In this document: positions 57,142 to 58,900 of the stretch, piece after piece | How positions within the stretch are numbered: the first letter of the stretch is position 1 | Layout: each line of letters begins with the position of its first letter | From: Klebsormidium nitens | Taxonomy: Eukaryota; Plantae; Klebsormidiophyceae | Assembly: GCA_000708835.1 (NCBI GenBank) | Contig: DF237496.1 | Coordinates: 1-58,900, forward strand | DNA length: 58,900 nt | Direction: 5' to 3' | Made by a program: the position numbers and the translations under genes | The notes under the pieces: model-generated | What the model saw: the letters and a program-made list of their open reading frames with translations, nothing else | The model's database searches: none | What the model was told of the DNA's origin: nothing

Positions 57142-58120
57142 CGTTGTGCTGTTGTACTCGCGCGCATTGCTTTTGGTGGGGCAGTTAATATCGATTCCTA
57201 GGCCTGGGGTTCCAGTTCAAAACTCCAGTTAACAGGAAGTTCTCAGGCGTGCCTCGCCCATCTGTAATTTGGTTCTTTGTAAATAGGCGTAACTCGAAAA
57301 GGTCCACTTGTCGCACTTTGTATAGAGGATGTGCTGATGTTGGCTCATCGTATTCGGAAGGTTGCGCCAACGCGTGTCCGTAGCTTGTAAGGATCGGTGT
57401 AAATAGTGTAAAGGTGTAAGGTCAGAGCTTTTCAATAAGCGCTCTTGACTTGGAACCGTGGCTGCCCCCGCCCTCTTCCGAATAATTGGATGAGTAGCCA
57501 GGCTAGGTGAGGAACAAACGCATTCAACGCTTCAAACGTTACCTCGAGCAGTCTGATGTCAATCGTTGTAGTAACTGTGCGAAGCCCTACGAAACTTGGA
57601 TCATTGGGGTTATCCGAACAGCACTGTCACAGACGGTTGAGCTGCGAATGGTGGATGAAGTAGACAGTTGAGATCCGTGGTAAAGCCGCTGATCGCAACT
57701 TGCACTGCTCACGGGCCAGGCCGCATGGCCTCCTCCTCCGCTGGCAATATCATAACCAAATTAACAGACTGAGCTAAGTTCGTGGACTGTGCCGCATTCT
57801 CACGATTGCATGGACTCCGAATATCGGCAAATTGATGTCCCGCTGGTCATCGCACACGGTACAAGCCCCGGACGGTTTAGTACCGGGGGGTCACCTGATT
57901 GTGAATCGATGAGCGCTCAGCTTATTTGCATTCAACGCTGATGGTGATCAGTCTGTAGCATTCACGTCCACATGTGCTACTTCAATCGTTTTCAATCTGC
58001 ATATATCACTGGCAGTTACATCATTCATGCACATGGTCGAGGCGCATTGAGGGCAACCGCCTTAATTTCAACTTGAACAATAGTTTTGAATTTTCAACTT
58101 GAATTGACCCTTCATGTGGA

Positions 58121-58160
58121 CCCACGGGATCGGATCGTTCAGATTCGATCCGATCGTGGG
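58121..58160. repeat. Intergenic inverted repeat (10-bp perfect core, extendable to ~16 bp)
   Basis: CCCACGG-GATCGGATCG-TTCAGATT-CGATCCGATC-GTGGG. Confidence 0.75.
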
Positions 58161-58900
58161 ATATATATCGATCCGAAAAACTTCACTTTCGGCTTAATTT
58201 GGCCCAAAGTAAGTAGCTAGCAAAAAAATATTTGATATGTCGTTGTGTCCGCTGAGTGATAAGTCAGTGGTGAACAAAGACTGTCGCGCGGATCGAGGAC
58301 TAGATATAATTAGAATTGCATGATAACAAAATTAGTACCTCGATCCAGATTCAAACCCTTGCCAAGTGAATGGAGGCGGCCAGAGCCGGTTAAGCATTCT
58401 CACTACTTGCATGCGCGATCGATCCTATTACTTAGATTGCTTAAGAATGTCTTCATTTTTCGGCTAATTTTTTGGGACTCAGTGGATCGGTCGATCAGTC
58501 GTAAAATTTTAAATCAGCAATCTACTTAAAAGCTTGAAACCTCGCAAAATAGAGTCAATTCACTTGTCAGTACGTTGAGGCCGCATATGCAATCAACATT
58601 TAAGGTGGTAAGACGGTATTCGACAGTGGGAGCATGTTCAAAACCCTAAAACTTGATGTAGACATCATGGATTTGCATTCCGTTTTTTCGAGGTGGTTGG
58701 GGGCATTGAGAAGCATGTTTGAAGGCCCCTCGTGCCCCTCGAGCCATGATACAACATGCTAGAGCAACACGAAGCTCAAGAGAAGTTGGCAAAATGTGCA
58801 GTTTAACGCTGCAGGACCCCCCCGGCAAAACGGCTCCGTAGGGAAAAAATGAAAAGATAGAATCTTCTCGGAAGGTAGGCTTTCCTCATGGGGGGATGCT

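Noticed and set aside
58121-58160. Helitron 3' terminal hairpin
   Set aside because: No CTRR terminus at the expected short distance on either strand.

Overview
Eukaryotic, intron-rich genomic DNA. The gene set (PAUSED-like exportin-T, USP-kinase-U-box protein, GT47, plant-type HNH) and strong CTGAC/CTAAC branch points suggest a streptophyte alga such as Klebsormidium; this is inference. I reconstructed eight spliced protein-coding genes by hand from GT/GC-AG junctions with phase checks: 5'-nucleotidase (+, 5' end outside the window), GT47/exostosin (-), exportin-T (+), a secreted NTF2/SnoaL-like protein (+), a USP-kinase-U-box protein (-), an antenna-type glutamate dehydrogenase (-), a PfkB kinase (+) and an HNH endonuclease (+). 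I recognised no rRNA, tRNA or CRISPR array. The most striking unexplained structure is a set of intronic arrays that repeat a splice site plus the adjoining exon edge ('splice-junction echoes'). There are at least 7 clusters, in the nucleotidase gene and the 3' half of GDH, next to exons with very high GC3. Also notable are three copies of a ~185-bp TIR element with 9-bp target-site duplications, each next to a real or echoed splice site, and active-site substitutions in three enzymes. Coordinates were counted by eye and may be off by a few bases.
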